Shown: positions 9,028 through 18,703, numbered from the stretch's first letter. The stretch: DNA of 64,000 bases from Candidatus Aenigmatarchaeota archaeon (GCA_038999725.1 JAWBWS010000002.1:94850-158849), one strand, 5' to 3'. A program made the numbers and translations. Notes: generated by a model from the letters alone, not told the origin.

Positions 9028-10535
9028 GAAGTTTTCTTCAAATCATCAAATTTAATCTTATTTGTAATTAAATCAAAAATAACACCAAGGAGATCTGAGA
9101 TTTTAACTCTTATTTGTGAACAATCGTCTCGATTTCTTATTGTTACTGTAGAATCTTTCAAAGTATCGTAATCGATTGTGATGCACAAAGGAACCCCAAT
9201 TTCATCGCTTCTAGCATATCTTTTCCCTATGCTCCCAGAGTCATCATAAAACACATCAAAACACTTCTTCAACATCTTGTAAACTTCCTTTGCTTTTTCT
9301 GGCAGCCCATCCTTGTTAACCAGGGGAAATACACCAGCTGTATAAGGAGCTATTTTTGGTGGAAAAGCGAACCATGGCCATCCTCTTTCTTTTCCTTCTC
9401 TGAAACAATATAGAAGGATAGCATAAATCGTCCTTTCTATTCCAAAGGAAGGCTCAACAACATGTGGAATTATTTTTTCCTTACCATCAACTACCTCAAA
9501 ATTTTCACCAGAGTGTTTCATGTGAGAAAGCAAATCATGATCTGCTCTGTAGGCATTCCCAACAACCTCTTTCCAGCCAAAATCGAATTTTATCTCCAAA
9601 TCAAAATTTCCTTTTGAATAGTGTGGGGTTTCTTCTGGAAGCATGTGCCTAAACCTTAAAGCCTCTTTTGGAATACCTAAGCTTTGATACCAAAGGGCCT
9701 CCTTTACCAGGAAGTATGCCATCACTTCATTTGGAAGAATCCCCCTTTTCACAGCTTCTCTTGCTTTAATCTCAATTTCTTCTGGATTTTTTTCTTTCTG
9801 GGCTTCCCTTGTTAAAATCCTTATTTCTACCTCTAGGAGATTTTTGTCAGGCACCTCTGGTTTGTTTGGGTTGAAGAAATATTCTATCTCCATTTGATTG
9901 AACTCTCTCAGGCGCATAATCCATTGTCTAGGTGAAATTTCATTTCTGTATGATCTGCCAACTTGGGCAATACCAAAAGGTAGTGTAGCCCTTGTTGAAG
10001 CAAGCAAGTTCTTAAAGTTTATAAAAATTCCTTGTGCTGTTTCTGGTCTTAAATAGGCAATGTTGCCGGAAGCGGGGCCAAGTTGTGTGGAAAACATTAA
10101 ATTGAAAATCTTAACCTCAGAAAGCTCGTCCCCACACCTCTGACATTTCACCTTTTTTTCTTTAATAATTTTCGTTAAATCTTCGGGCTTGAGCCCTTCA
10201 ACAAACTTGCCAACACTCTCTTGAATCAAGTCATCTGCTCGATAGAATGAGCCACATTTCTTACATTGAGTCATGGGATCAATAAAGTTTTTAAGGTGGC
10301 CGGAAGCTTCCCAAACTTTTTCATGCATTATCAAAGAAGTTTCAATTTCAAAAATTTTCTCCTCTTCTTTAACAAAAAATTCTCTCCAGGAATTCTCAAT
10401 TTTTCTCTTTAGAAGTACTCCTATGTTGCCAAAATCAAAGAAACCAGCGAGACCACCATAAATTTCTGAGCTGGGAAAAATAATCCCCCTTCTTTTTGAA
10501 ATTTGGATTATTTTTCCTATTTCCATAAAAATCAT
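9024..10535 (-). CDS. glyS: Glycine--tRNA ligase
   Basis: EIYGGLAGFFDFG; YLRPETAQGIF; RNEISPR; EPSFGIER. Confidence 0.96.
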   Translation of the reverse strand: MIFMEIGKIIQISKRRGIIFPSSEIYGGLAGFFDFGNIGVLLKRKIENSWREFFVKEEEKIFEIETSLIMHEKVWEASGHLKNFIDPMTQCKKCGSFYRADDLIQESVGKFVEGLKPEDLTKIIKEKKVKCQRCGDELSEVKIFNLMFSTQLGPASGNIAYLRPETAQGIFINFKNLLASTRATLPFGIAQVGRSYRNEISPRQWIMRLREFNQMEIEYFFNPNKPEVPDKNLLEVEIRILTREAQKEKNPEEIEIKAREAVKRGILPNEVMAYFLVKEALWYQSLGIPKEALRFRHMLPEETPHYSKGNFDLEIKFDFGWKEVVGNAYRADHDLLSHMKHSGENFEVVDGKEKIIPHVVEPSFGIERTIYAILLYCFREGKERGWPWFAFPPKIAPYTAGVFPLVNKDGLPEKAKEVYKMLKKCFDVFYDDSGSIGKRYARSDEIGVPLCITIDYDTLKDSTVTIRNRDDCSQIRVKISDLLGVIFDLITNKIKFDDLKKTS

Positions 10536-10547
10536 TTCTAATTGAAA

Positions 10548-11570
10548 TTATTTAAACCATCCCCTCAGGCTCGATTGAGTTCCAGAAGAAAAGCTCTTTT
10601 GTAGTATCTCTATCACCTTTTCAACCCTCTCTTGGGAGAAGTCGTGCTCATCCACCATAAATTTAATTATCCTCTCTTTATCCGGCTTCTTAAATTCAAT
10701 TTTATAATCTTCTGCTACTATTGGTTCTAAAAAGAAGTTGTATATATCTTCCGGGTCGGCCTCCCCAACCCATTCTAAATTTTCCAAAACTTTTTTCAAA
10801 CTCTTGTGCTCTTTTACCAATTTCAAAGCTGTTTTTGGACCAACCTTTTCTATTCCTGGGTTGTAATCGGTCCCAACAAGCATACCAATTATGATGAGTT
10901 GCTCTCTTGTTATACCTAAGTTTGAGAGAACTTGCTGAAGTTCTATAATTTCTGGCTTCACCTCTATGTAAGCTTCTTTTCTTGGTAATTTTCTTTTCCC
11001 TGTTATAGAAAGATTTCTCACTAAACGTGGGGAACCAAAAAGAAGAGAGTCCATGTCTTGAGAACCTGTTGCAAATACTTCATTTTTTTTACAAAGATGG
11101 GCACAAGTAGCTTCACCTTCGCTTGGTGCTTGAATCCAAGGTATTCCCATAGCATCCAAAAGTTCTTTTGAATCTTTTATCATTTCATCGGTAAGCTCAA
11201 CCGCAGCTTGAGCATATGTTATCGCCTTTTCCCCTTTTTTCAATGCCTCCTCCCATTTCTCTTTTGCTTTTTCTCTTACCGCTTTCCTTTCTTCCACAGT
11301 CCTCTTCTTGAATTTTGGTGGTTCACCATCGAAAACAAAAATTGGTTTTACCCCTGCTTCGATTAAGTTTGAAGTCCTGTAAAACAAACCAGACAAATGA
11401 GAGGTTATTCTACCTTTGCTATCTCTCAGGGGTTCTCCTGTCATTTTGTCCCTTATTATACTCAAAAAGGAAAAAAGTGTGTTGAAAGCATCAATCGCTA
11501 TTTTTTTGCCTGCCAATTCTGTAAGCTCAATTTCTTTCGCCTTTATAAGACCTTCCAACTTCACTCCCAA
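10548..11570 (-). CDS. fen: Flap endonuclease 1
   Basis: TTG start after GGAGG; ITSHLSGLFYRT; APSEGEA; GTDYN; C-terminal PIP box QSSLRGWF. Confidence 0.97.
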   Translation of the reverse strand: MGVKLEGLIKAKEIELTELAGKKIAIDAFNTLFSFLSIIRDKMTGEPLRDSKGRITSHLSGLFYRTSNLIEAGVKPIFVFDGEPPKFKKRTVEERKAVREKAKEKWEEALKKGEKAITYAQAAVELTDEMIKDSKELLDAMGIPWIQAPSEGEATCAHLCKKNEVFATGSQDMDSLLFGSPRLVRNLSITGKRKLPRKEAYIEVKPEIIELQQVLSNLGITREQLIIIGMLVGTDYNPGIEKVGPKTALKLVKEHKSLKKVLENLEWVGEADPEDIYNFFLEPIVAEDYKIEFKKPDKERIIKFMVDEHDFSQERVEKVIEILQKSFSSGTQSSLRGWFK

Positions 11571-11657
11571 TATTTAGGCCTCCTATTCAAGAAATTGTGA
11601 ATTGAATCTAAATTTGTGAGTAACTAAATGAAATTGAAAATTAAAAAAAGAAAAAAA

Positions 11658-11948
11658 TTACTTTTTCTTTCTTGTTTTTTTCTCCTCAGCTGCAAGCTCT
11701 CTCTCTATCTTCCACTCATCCCACTCTAGCCAGACTATGAAAATGCCGATTAAAACCACTAGCGGAGGGAGACCGCCATTCAGCAAGAGTACAAAGTCGT
11801 TCCATGCACCTGTTGCGCGAATTCCGAGGGGAGTTAGATATGGTGCTATCTTTGCACTCAAGCTACTAGCTGTTGGACCATAGAATATCCAATAGACGCC
11901 TGCAACTATGAGGAGCAATCCTATCACTATCTTGATAGCTGGATGCAA
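11658..11948 (-). CDS. Small membrane protein
   Basis: Two TM helices; SD GGTGA before TTG start. Confidence 0.7.
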   Translation of the reverse strand: MHPAIKIVIGLLLIVAGVYWIFYGPTASSLSAKIAPYLTPLGIRATGAWNDFVLLLNGGLPPLVVLIGIFIVWLEWDEWKIERELAAEEKKTRKKK

Positions 11949-11997
11949 ACCATCACCTTTTAAAAATTATAAAAAGTATAATATTTAAGCTTTATTT

Positions 11998-12513
11998 GTG
12001 AGTGGAATGAAGAGTGGGTATGCTTTTATAAAAGAGACGAGAAGAAAAGTAGAAGAGCTTGTTAAAAAAAGGCTCATTGAGTGGAGGAAACAAAAAACTG
12101 TAGAGAGAATAGAAAAACCGAGCAAACTTGATAGAGCAAGGGCTTTGGGATACAAAGCAAAACCTGGTTTTGTTGTGGTTAGAGTAAAAGTTAGGAAGGG
12201 TGGGAGAAGAAGACCGAGATATCATAGGGGGAGAAAACCCTCGAAAGCTGGAATGGTTCACTTTACCCCAAAACAATCCTTACAAGCAATAGCCGAGCAA
12301 AAGGCTGCGAGAAAATTCCCAAATCTTGAAGTCCTGAACAGTTATTTGGCTGGTGAGGATGGAACAACAAAATTTTTTGAAGTAATAATGGTTGATCCAA
12401 ATAATCCTCATATCCAAAGCGATCCTAATATAAACTGGATTTGCCAACCCCAACATAGAAGAAGAGTTTTTCGTGGCTTAACTGCCGCAGGAAAAAGAGC
12501 AAGAGCAAAATAA
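11998..12513 (+). CDS. rpl15e: 50S ribosomal protein L15e
   Basis: [23 protein letters not shown]; NLEVLNSY; FRGLTAAG. Confidence 0.97.
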   Translation: MSGMKSGYAFIKETRRKVEELVKKRLIEWRKQKTVERIEKPSKLDRARALGYKAKPGFVVVRVKVRKGGRRRPRYHRGRKPSKAGMVHFTPKQSLQAIAEQKAARKFPNLEVLNSYLAGEDGTTKFFEVIMVDPNNPHIQSDPNINWICQPQHRRRVFRGLTAAGKRARAK

Positions 12514-12541
12514 TTTGATTTGAGAAAAATCTATAATAATT

Positions 12542-13258
12542 ATGAAGTTTTTTGACTTGCATGTTCACAGTGCTTTCAGTGGCGGTGAGTCGAGTTTGGA
12601 AGAATTGGCAAGAACTGCTAAGCTTTTGGGCTACAGTGGGATTTGTTTTGTATTTTATTATCAAGATGAAACTCAAAAAGATATTTTGGTCGCCGAAATT
12701 GAAAGGATAAAAAAAGAGGTTGGAATTGATATCTACTTGGGGTTCGAGGCAAGAGATGTGAAAGAGTTGAAATATTTGGCCAAGAAAAGGAGAAGCTTTG
12801 ACCTGCTACTGGCAAGGGGAGGAGAAATGGAAATGAATAGAGTTGCATGTGAAACCCCTGAAGTTGATATTTTGACTCACCCGGAATATCAGAGGAATGA
12901 TTCTGGTTTAGATCATATTAGTGTAAGATTTGCGGCAAAAAATGATGTTGCTATAGAAATAAACTTTAGGGAAATCTTACTTTCAAGCAGAGTGAGTAGA
13001 GCAAAAATTTTGGCAAATATAGCAAAGAATGTACAGCTTGCTAAAAAATACAAAGCTAAGATTATAATTTGCTCAGGAGCTGTGAGCCATTGGGAATTGA
13101 AAGATCCTTTTTGTTTAGCCTCTTTTGCAACCTTGTTGGGATTAGAATTAAAAGAGGGGAAAAGAGCCATATCTGAAACACCTAAAGAAATTATTGAAAA
13201 GATTAAAGAGAGGAAAGATGAAAATTGGATCATGCCTGGGGTAAGGAGGGTAGAGTAA
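12542..13258 (+). CDS. rnp3: RNase P protein component 3 (Rpp30)
   Basis: PHP-like DLHVH; VDILTHP; AAKNDVAIEINF; superoperon position. Confidence 0.9.
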   Translation: MKFFDLHVHSAFSGGESSLEELARTAKLLGYSGICFVFYYQDETQKDILVAEIERIKKEVGIDIYLGFEARDVKELKYLAKKRRSFDLLLARGGEMEMNRVACETPEVDILTHPEYQRNDSGLDHISVRFAAKNDVAIEINFREILLSSRVSRAKILANIAKNVQLAKKYKAKIIICSGAVSHWELKDPFCLASFATLLGLELKEGKRAISETPKEIIEKIKERKDENWIMPGVRRVE

Positions 13259-13259
13259 G

Positions 13260-13574
13260 ATGGGTTGTGTAATTTTTTTAACATGTCCAAAAGAAAGAAT
13301 TGCAGAAAAAGTTGCTAAGGATTTGCTTAAGAAGAAGTTGATAGCTTGCGCGAGCGTAATCCCAAAAATTAAAAGCTTTTATTGGTGGGAGGGAAAGATT
13401 GAAAGAAACTCGGAAGTTTTGGTCATGATGAAAACAGAAGAAAAACTTTTCCCTTTGATAGAGAAGGAAATTTTGAAAATTCATCCTTACAAAATTCCGG
13501 AAATTATTTGCTTTAGAATTGAAAAAGGGTTCGAAAAATATTTGAAATGGATAAAAGAAGTGGTGAGAAAATGA
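13260..13574 (+). CDS. cutA: Divalent-cation tolerance protein CutA
   Basis: LIACAS; SFYWWEGKIE; HPYKIPEI. Confidence 0.93.
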   Translation: MGCVIFLTCPKERIAEKVAKDLLKKKLIACASVIPKIKSFYWWEGKIERNSEVLVMMKTEEKLFPLIEKEILKIHPYKIPEIICFRIEKGFEKYLKWIKEVVRK

Positions 13575-13906
13575 GGAAACCGAAAACTTTGCTTCCTAGC
13601 TTAAGAGAAAGAGAAAGATATTTGAAATTTAAAGTCATTTCCGAGGGACCTATAAGCTATGTTGACTTAGAGAATTCAATTTGGAATTCTTTTTTAGATT
13701 TTTATGGAGAGCTTGGTGTTTCTAAATTCTCCCTCTGGATAATCAAAAATTTATGGGACGAAAGAGAGCAAACCGGTGTGATAAAATGTAATAATAAATC
13801 TGTAGAAGAAATTCTTGCTGGCCTAGGCTTAATTTCAAGGCTTGGTGATTTGAGGATTATCTTTAAAATTTTAAAGATTTCTGGAACAATCAAAGGATTA
13901 AAATGA
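13571..13906 (+). CDS. rnp2: RNase P protein component 2 (Pop5)
   Basis: LPSLRERERYLKF; SGTIK. Confidence 0.92.
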   Translation: MRKPKTLLPSLRERERYLKFKVISEGPISYVDLENSIWNSFLDFYGELGVSKFSLWIIKNLWDEREQTGVIKCNNKSVEEILAGLGLISRLGDLRIIFKILKISGTIKGLK

Positions 13907-13927
13907 TTTTTAATCTAGGGGTGATAG

Positions 13928-13940
13928 AAAAAGTTTTATA
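13928..13940 (+). promoter_or_regulatory. Putative BRE/TATA promoter of the psmA-SBDS-exosome operon
   Basis: AAAAAGTTTTATA upstream of the psmA SD GAGGTG. Confidence 0.45.
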
Positions 13941-13996
13941 GAGATTAAAAAGAATATAAATTTCTAGGATAAAGAATTAAGTATGAGGTGAAAAAA

Positions 13997-14729
13997 TTGC
14001 CTGAGATATTACCTGAATACATGGGCTATGACAGGACAAATGAGTAGAGTTTAAAACTCGCTCAGTCAATTTGCTGTCTTCAGCCCGGATGGAAGATTGT
14101 TTCAAGTAGAATACGCAAGAGAAGCTGTAAAAAAAGGAACCACCTGTCTTGGTATAGTTTTTAAGAATGGTATCTTATTTGCCACGGTCAAACCAAAAAC
14201 TCCTCTAATGGTTCCAGAATCCATAGAGAAGATCTTCCAAATAGATGATCATGCCGCTGCCGTTGCTGCTGGTCTATTGGCAGATGCAAGGGTGCTTGTG
14301 AATCAAGCAAGGGTGAGAGCTCAAATCCATAAGATAACCTATGAGGAGGCTATGGACATTTGGGGTCTTGCACGAACTGTTGCTGATAGAATGCAAATTT
14401 CAACGCTTTATGCAGGTTTGAGACCTTATGGTGTCTCTTTCTTGATTGGAGGAATTGATCCAACAGGAGTCCACTTGATAGAGGTAGACCCCTCTGGAAT
14501 GTTATATGAATGGTATGCTTATGCGATTGGAAGAGGCTCTGTACTTGCTAACAAGATTCTGAGGCAAAGGTGGAAACCAAATTTAAGTGAAGAAGATGCC
14601 CTAAAAATTGCCTTGGAGATTCTATCAAAAGTAGAAAAAGAGGGAGAAGCTGATATAGCCATGATAAAACTTGAGGAAAAGAAGTTCAAAAGGCTTTCGG
14701 AAGAGGAAATCAAAAAAATAAAATTTTAG
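13997..14729 (+). CDS. psmA: Proteasome alpha subunit, interrupted by a 31-nt intron: join(13997..14039,14071..14729)
   Basis: SD GAGGTG then TTG; exon 1 MPEILPEYMGYDRT hits TAG unless 14040-14070 is removed, which yields [29 protein letters not shown]. Confidence 0.93.
14040..14070 (+). other. Putative BHB-type mRNA intron (31 nt) in psmA
   Basis: ATGAGTAGAGTTTAAAACTCGCTCAGTCAAT; internal stem TGAGT/GCTCA plus GAGTT/AACTC; central helix GGAC/GTCA; 3-nt bulges AA|A and AT|T give exactly the frame-restoring junction. Confidence 0.85.
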
Positions 14730-14755
14730 TTGTTGATATTTATTAGGGTGTCTAT

Positions 14756-15466
14756 ATTACTGTAGGAGTAGATAAGGCTGTAATAGCTAGATTACAACGT
14801 TTTGGGCAAAGATTTGAAATACTTGTAGATCCTGATAAGGCTTTAGAAGTAAAGAAAGGGATGAAAGTAGGTATGGATGATTTGTTAGCATATCCTGCCG
14901 TGTACAGAGATTCAAGAAAAAGTGAAGTTGCTTCTGACCAAGAGCTTCAGAAAGTTTTTGGTACCACAGATGTAATGAAAATAGCTGAAAGGATTATAAA
15001 AGAGGGTGAGCTACAACTTACAACCGAGCAAAAAAGAAGGATGATAGAACAGAAGAAAATCCAGATAGCAAACATAATTTCAAGAAAGGGTGTAAATCCA
15101 CAAACGAACACTCCTCACCCACCTCAAAGGATAATCAAAGCTATGGAAGAAACAGGAATTAACATAGATCCTTTTCTCGATGCCGAGCTCCAAGTGGATA
15201 AAGTTTTAAAAAGTATAAAAGCGATATTGCCTATAAAGTTCCAGAAAGTTGTGTTGCAGATAAAAATACCTCCACAATTTTCTGGAAGCTCTTATAACAT
15301 ACTTAAGAGTGTGGGGAATGTTATTAGTGAAGAATGGAAGGGAGATGGTAGTTTAATGGTAAATGTAGAAATATTGGCGGGAGTTCAGGAAGAGCTTTTC
15401 CAGAAGCTATCTTCCTTAACCCATGGTAATTTTGAGTCAAAGATTTTGAAGAGGGAAGATATATGA
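14756..15466 (+). CDS. Ribosome maturation protein SBDS/SDO1 (probable ATT start)
   Basis: Conserved VDKAVIARL...RFEILVDPD lies upstream of the ORF-track start; NPQTNTPHPPQRI. Confidence 0.9.
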   Translation: MTVGVDKAVIARLQRFGQRFEILVDPDKALEVKKGMKVGMDDLLAYPAVYRDSRKSEVASDQELQKVFGTTDVMKIAERIIKEGELQLTTEQKRRMIEQKKIQIANIISRKGVNPQTNTPHPPQRIIKAMEETGINIDPFLDAELQVDKVLKSIKAILPIKFQKVVLQIKIPPQFSGSSYNILKSVGNVISEEWKGDGSLMVNVEILAGVQEELFQKLSSLTHGNFESKILKREDI

Positions 15467-16122
15467 GTGAAAAAAGAGAAATAATTTTGCCAGGTGAATT
15501 CATTTGTGAGAAAGCTGGAAGAAAAATTGGACATGGTGTTTATCTTGAAGGTGAAAAAGTTTTTTCTAAAATTCTTGGGATTCCAAATGTTGGTGAAAAT
15601 GAGGTTTTTGTTATACCATTGGCCGGACCCTACATTCCAAAAGTTGGAGATAGAGTAATAGGAAAAGTTTTGAGTGTAGAAATTTCTGGATGGATTGTTG
15701 ACATAAATTCACCTTATGTTGCTTTTTTACCTTTAGGTGAGGCTGTGGGAGAATTTGTTGACATCTCAAAAACAGATATAAGCAGATATTATGATGTTGA
15801 TGATGTCATATTTTGCATCGTTTCAAAAGTTACAAAAGATAAAACAATTCAAGTCTCGATGAAGAATATAGGAAGCAGGAAGCTTTATGGTGGAGTTTTA
15901 ATCAAGATAAACCCAAATAAAGTGCCAAGGATAATAGGCAGGGGTGGAAGCATGATAAATATAATAAAGAAGAAAACTCAGTGTGAGATTTACATCGGAA
16001 GAAATGGCTACATTTGGATAAGAGGAGAAAATAAAAGCAAAGCAATAGAAGCCATCTTCACCATAGAGAGGGAGTCTCACATAATAGGCCTAACTGAAAA
16101 AATTGAAAAAATGTTGGGTTGA
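15463..16122 (+). CDS. rrp4: Exosome RNA-binding protein Rrp4
   Basis: YIPKVGDRVIG S1 domain; KVPRIIGRGGSMI KH domain; GRNGYIWI. Confidence 0.95.
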   Translation: MSEKREIILPGEFICEKAGRKIGHGVYLEGEKVFSKILGIPNVGENEVFVIPLAGPYIPKVGDRVIGKVLSVEISGWIVDINSPYVAFLPLGEAVGEFVDISKTDISRYYDVDDVIFCIVSKVTKDKTIQVSMKNIGSRKLYGGVLIKINPNKVPRIIGRGGSMINIIKKKTQCEIYIGRNGYIWIRGENKSKAIEAIFTIERESHIIGLTEKIEKMLG

Positions 16123-16126
16123 TTTT

Positions 16127-16837
16127 ATGGCAAAGGGCGATGTTAAACTCATAGTTGATGGGAGAAGGCTTGATGGAAGATTACCAGAAGAGATGAGAAA
16201 GGTTGAGATGAAGGTAGGTGTGGTTAGCAGGGCTGATGGTTCTGCTATGGTCAGATTTGGTAATACTGCTGCAATTGCAGCAGTTTATGGTCCAAGGCCT
16301 GTTTATCCTAAATATCTTCAAGAAGTTAAAAGTGGTATATTGAGATGTAGATACAACATGGCACCGTTTTCTGTTTCTGAAAGAAAATCACCAGGTCCTG
16401 ATAGAAGAAGCATAGAACTTTCAAAAGTGATAAGGCTTGCTCTAGAGCCTGCAATCTTCTTGGAAGAATTTCCAAAAGCAGTTATAGATGTTTTTGTAGA
16501 AATTTTACAAGCAGATGGCTCGACAAGAGTTACTGGAATAAATGCGGCAAGCCTTGCTTTGGCTTCTGCTGGCATACCAATGAAAGATTTGGTTGCAGCA
16601 TGCTCTGTTGGAAAGATTGATAAAACTTTAATCCTAGACCTTTCTGGGATTGAGGACAATAATTCCGAGTGTGACATGGCTTTTGCCATGATGCCGAGCA
16701 AGGAAAAAATAACACTGCTACAAATGGATGGAATTTTAACAAAAGAAGAAATTAAGAGATTAATGGAAATTGCAAGAGAAGCTTGTGGGAAAATTTACGA
16801 GATGCAAAAAAATGCTATAAGGGAAAAATACAGGTGA
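16127..16837 (+). CDS. rrp41: Exosome exonuclease Rrp41
   Basis: RLDGR; ADGSA; AVYGPR; YNMAPFS; QADGSTR. Confidence 0.96.
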   Translation: MAKGDVKLIVDGRRLDGRLPEEMRKVEMKVGVVSRADGSAMVRFGNTAAIAAVYGPRPVYPKYLQEVKSGILRCRYNMAPFSVSERKSPGPDRRSIELSKVIRLALEPAIFLEEFPKAVIDVFVEILQADGSTRVTGINAASLALASAGIPMKDLVAACSVGKIDKTLILDLSGIEDNNSECDMAFAMMPSKEKITLLQMDGILTKEEIKRLMEIAREACGKIYEMQKNAIREKYR

Positions 16838-16842
16838 GAAAA

Positions 16843-17604
16843 ATGGATGGAGAGTATGCGCTTGAGCTTATAGAGAAGGGGAAAAGGATAGATGGTAGGA
16901 AGTTTGAGGAATTTAGAAAAATAGAAATCATGCCAAATGTTGTTAAAAATGCTGAAGGTTCTGCTTCTGTAAAATTTGGTGAAACAGAAGTTGTGGCTGG
17001 TGTGAAGCTTGATTTGGGTGAACCTTTTCCAGATACACCAGAAGAGGGTATATTGATTGTGAATGCTGAGTTCACCCCATTAGCCTCTCCTGATTTTGAA
17101 GCAGGACCACCAGGAGAAGATGCAATTGAGCTTGCAAGAATAGTGGACAGGGGAATAAGATCTTCGCATTGTATTAAGTTGGATGAGCTTTGTTTAGAGC
17201 CTGGAAAGAAGGTTTGGTGTGTTTTTGTTGATATCCACATTATTAACCATAAGGGTAATCTCCTTGATGCTTCTACTCTAGCAAGTCTTGTTGCATTGTT
17301 GAATACAAGGATACCAAAAGTTGAAGGCGAGAAAATATTGAGAGGGGAATATGAAAAACAACTACCTGTTCAATTCAAACCTATAAATGTTAGTGTTTGC
17401 AAAATTAAAGAAAATTTCTTGGTTGATCCGGTGCTGGAGGAAGAAGAAATAGTGGAGTCAAGATTAAGTGTTAGTGTAAGGGAAGATGATTTAATTTGTA
17501 CAATACAAAAGCAGGGAAATGGAGAATTGAATGCAAAGGATATAGAGAAGATGATAGAAATTGCAATGGAAAAAAGTAAGGAAATAAGGAAGTTGGTGGT
17601 GTGA
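16843..17604 (+). CDS. rrp42: Exosome protein Rrp42
   Basis: RIDGRKFEEFR; PFPDTPEEG; FEAGPPGEDAIELARIVDRGIR. Confidence 0.96.
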   Translation: MDGEYALELIEKGKRIDGRKFEEFRKIEIMPNVVKNAEGSASVKFGETEVVAGVKLDLGEPFPDTPEEGILIVNAEFTPLASPDFEAGPPGEDAIELARIVDRGIRSSHCIKLDELCLEPGKKVWCVFVDIHIINHKGNLLDASTLASLVALLNTRIPKVEGEKILRGEYEKQLPVQFKPINVSVCKIKENFLVDPVLEEEEIVESRLSVSVREDDLICTIQKQGNGELNAKDIEKMIEIAMEKSKEIRKLVV

Positions 17605-17771
17605 TGGCAATCAAACACATAACCAAAAAAATAAAGCTTGGAAAAATAAGGAAGGTGAAGAACGCGCCAAGGTGGGCAGATATAAGGAAATTTGGGTTGA
17701 AGAGAGCAAGGACGAGAAGGATTTCTGTTGATAAAGTTAAGAAGTGGAGGAGGACTAGGTTGAGGGTTTAG
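17604..17771 (+). CDS. rpl39e: 50S ribosomal protein L39e, not in ORF track
   Basis: MAIKHITKKIKLGK...APRWADIRK...KKWRRTRLRV, 55 aa; precedes L31e. Confidence 0.85.
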   Translation: MAIKHITKKIKLGKIRKVKNAPRWADIRKFGLKRARTRRISVDKVKKWRRTRLRV

Positions 17772-17772
17772 C

Positions 17773-18024
17773 ATGCCCGAAGAAAGGTTCTTGACCATAA
17801 ACTTGAGAAAAGAATTAAAAAAATCTAGAAGGGTGAAAAGAGCTAATAGGCTTGTAAAATTGATAAGAGAGAAAGTTGGGAAGATGTTCAAGGGGCTTGA
17901 AGTCAAAATAGATAAAAGTGTTAATGAAGAAATCTGGAAGCATGGGGCTAAAAAACCTCCCACAAGGCTAAGGCTAAAGGTAAAAAAAGAAGAAAAAAGT
18001 GTAAGGGTTGAATTGGGAAAGTGA
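17773..18024 (+). CDS. rpl31e: 50S ribosomal protein L31e
   Basis: ERFLTINLR; RANR; NEEIWKHGAKKPP. Confidence 0.93.
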   Translation: MPEERFLTINLRKELKKSRRVKRANRLVKLIREKVGKMFKGLEVKIDKSVNEEIWKHGAKKPPTRLRLKVKKEEKSVRVELGK

Positions 18025-18028
18025 TAAT

Positions 18029-18703
18029 TTGAAAATCTGGCAAACGAACTTTTTTGGGGACCATAACTTGGGGCTTTATGGTAAAGCCTCTGACGGCATT
18101 TGTATTCTTGGAACAATCCTTGAAGAAAAAAGAGAAAAAATTGAAGAAGTTTTAAAGGTGAAATCTGTTGCTTTAAGTTTATCTTCTACAGATTTCATTG
18201 GGATTTTTTGTGCTTTGAATGAGAATGGAATTGTTGTGCCGAAGATTTTAACAGATTTTGAGAAAAAGAAGCTTGTTGAACTCAAGAAGCTTTTTGGGAT
18301 GAATCTATTGATATTGAAATCGAAATTCACGGCAGTTGGAAATTTGATCTTGTGTAATGGAAAGGGGGCTGTTGTGAGCAAGTTTTTTAGCAAAAAGGAG
18401 AAGGAAGAAATAGAAGATTGCCTTGGTGTTGAGGCTATTTTTTCGAGCATAGCAGGGATTCAAACAGTTGGGTCTTGTGGAGTTGCGACAAATAAAGGAT
18501 GTTTGCTGCACAGGGATGCAGGTGAAGAAGAAATAAAAAAAGTGGAAGAAATTTTGAAGGTTAGAGTTGATATAGGAACTGCAAATTTTGGCTCACCCTT
18601 TGTTGGTGCCTGCATCTTAGCGAATAGTAAAGGGGGTTTGGTTGGTGAAAGCACGACAGGACCAGAAATGGTAAGAATTCAAGAAGCTTTAGATTTGTTG
18701 TAA
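18029..18703 (+). CDS. eif6: Translation initiation factor 6
   Basis: VGNLILCNGKGA; VGSCGVATNKG; GTANFGSPFVG; TTGPE; TTG start inferred. Confidence 0.95.
   Translation: MKIWQTNFFGDHNLGLYGKASDGICILGTILEEKREKIEEVLKVKSVALSLSSTDFIGIFCALNENGIVVPKILTDFEKKKLVELKKLFGMNLLILKSKFTAVGNLILCNGKGAVVSKFFSKKEKEEIEDCLGVEAIFSSIAGIQTVGSCGVATNKGCLLHRDAGEEEIKKVEEILKVRVDIGTANFGSPFVGACILANSKGGLVGESTTGPEMVRIQEALDLL

Noticed and set aside
14097-14729. ORF-track psmA start at 14097, or psmA as a pseudogene
   Set aside because: That start omits the conserved YDR/SPDG N-terminus; the rest of the gene is intact and a structured insert explains the break
17370-18116. Long antisense ORFs (this 248-aa one, 43715-44332, 30446-30976 and many others)
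   Set aside because: Shadow frames opposite well-supported genes, with the Phe/Ser/Leu-rich composition expected from purine-rich sense strands
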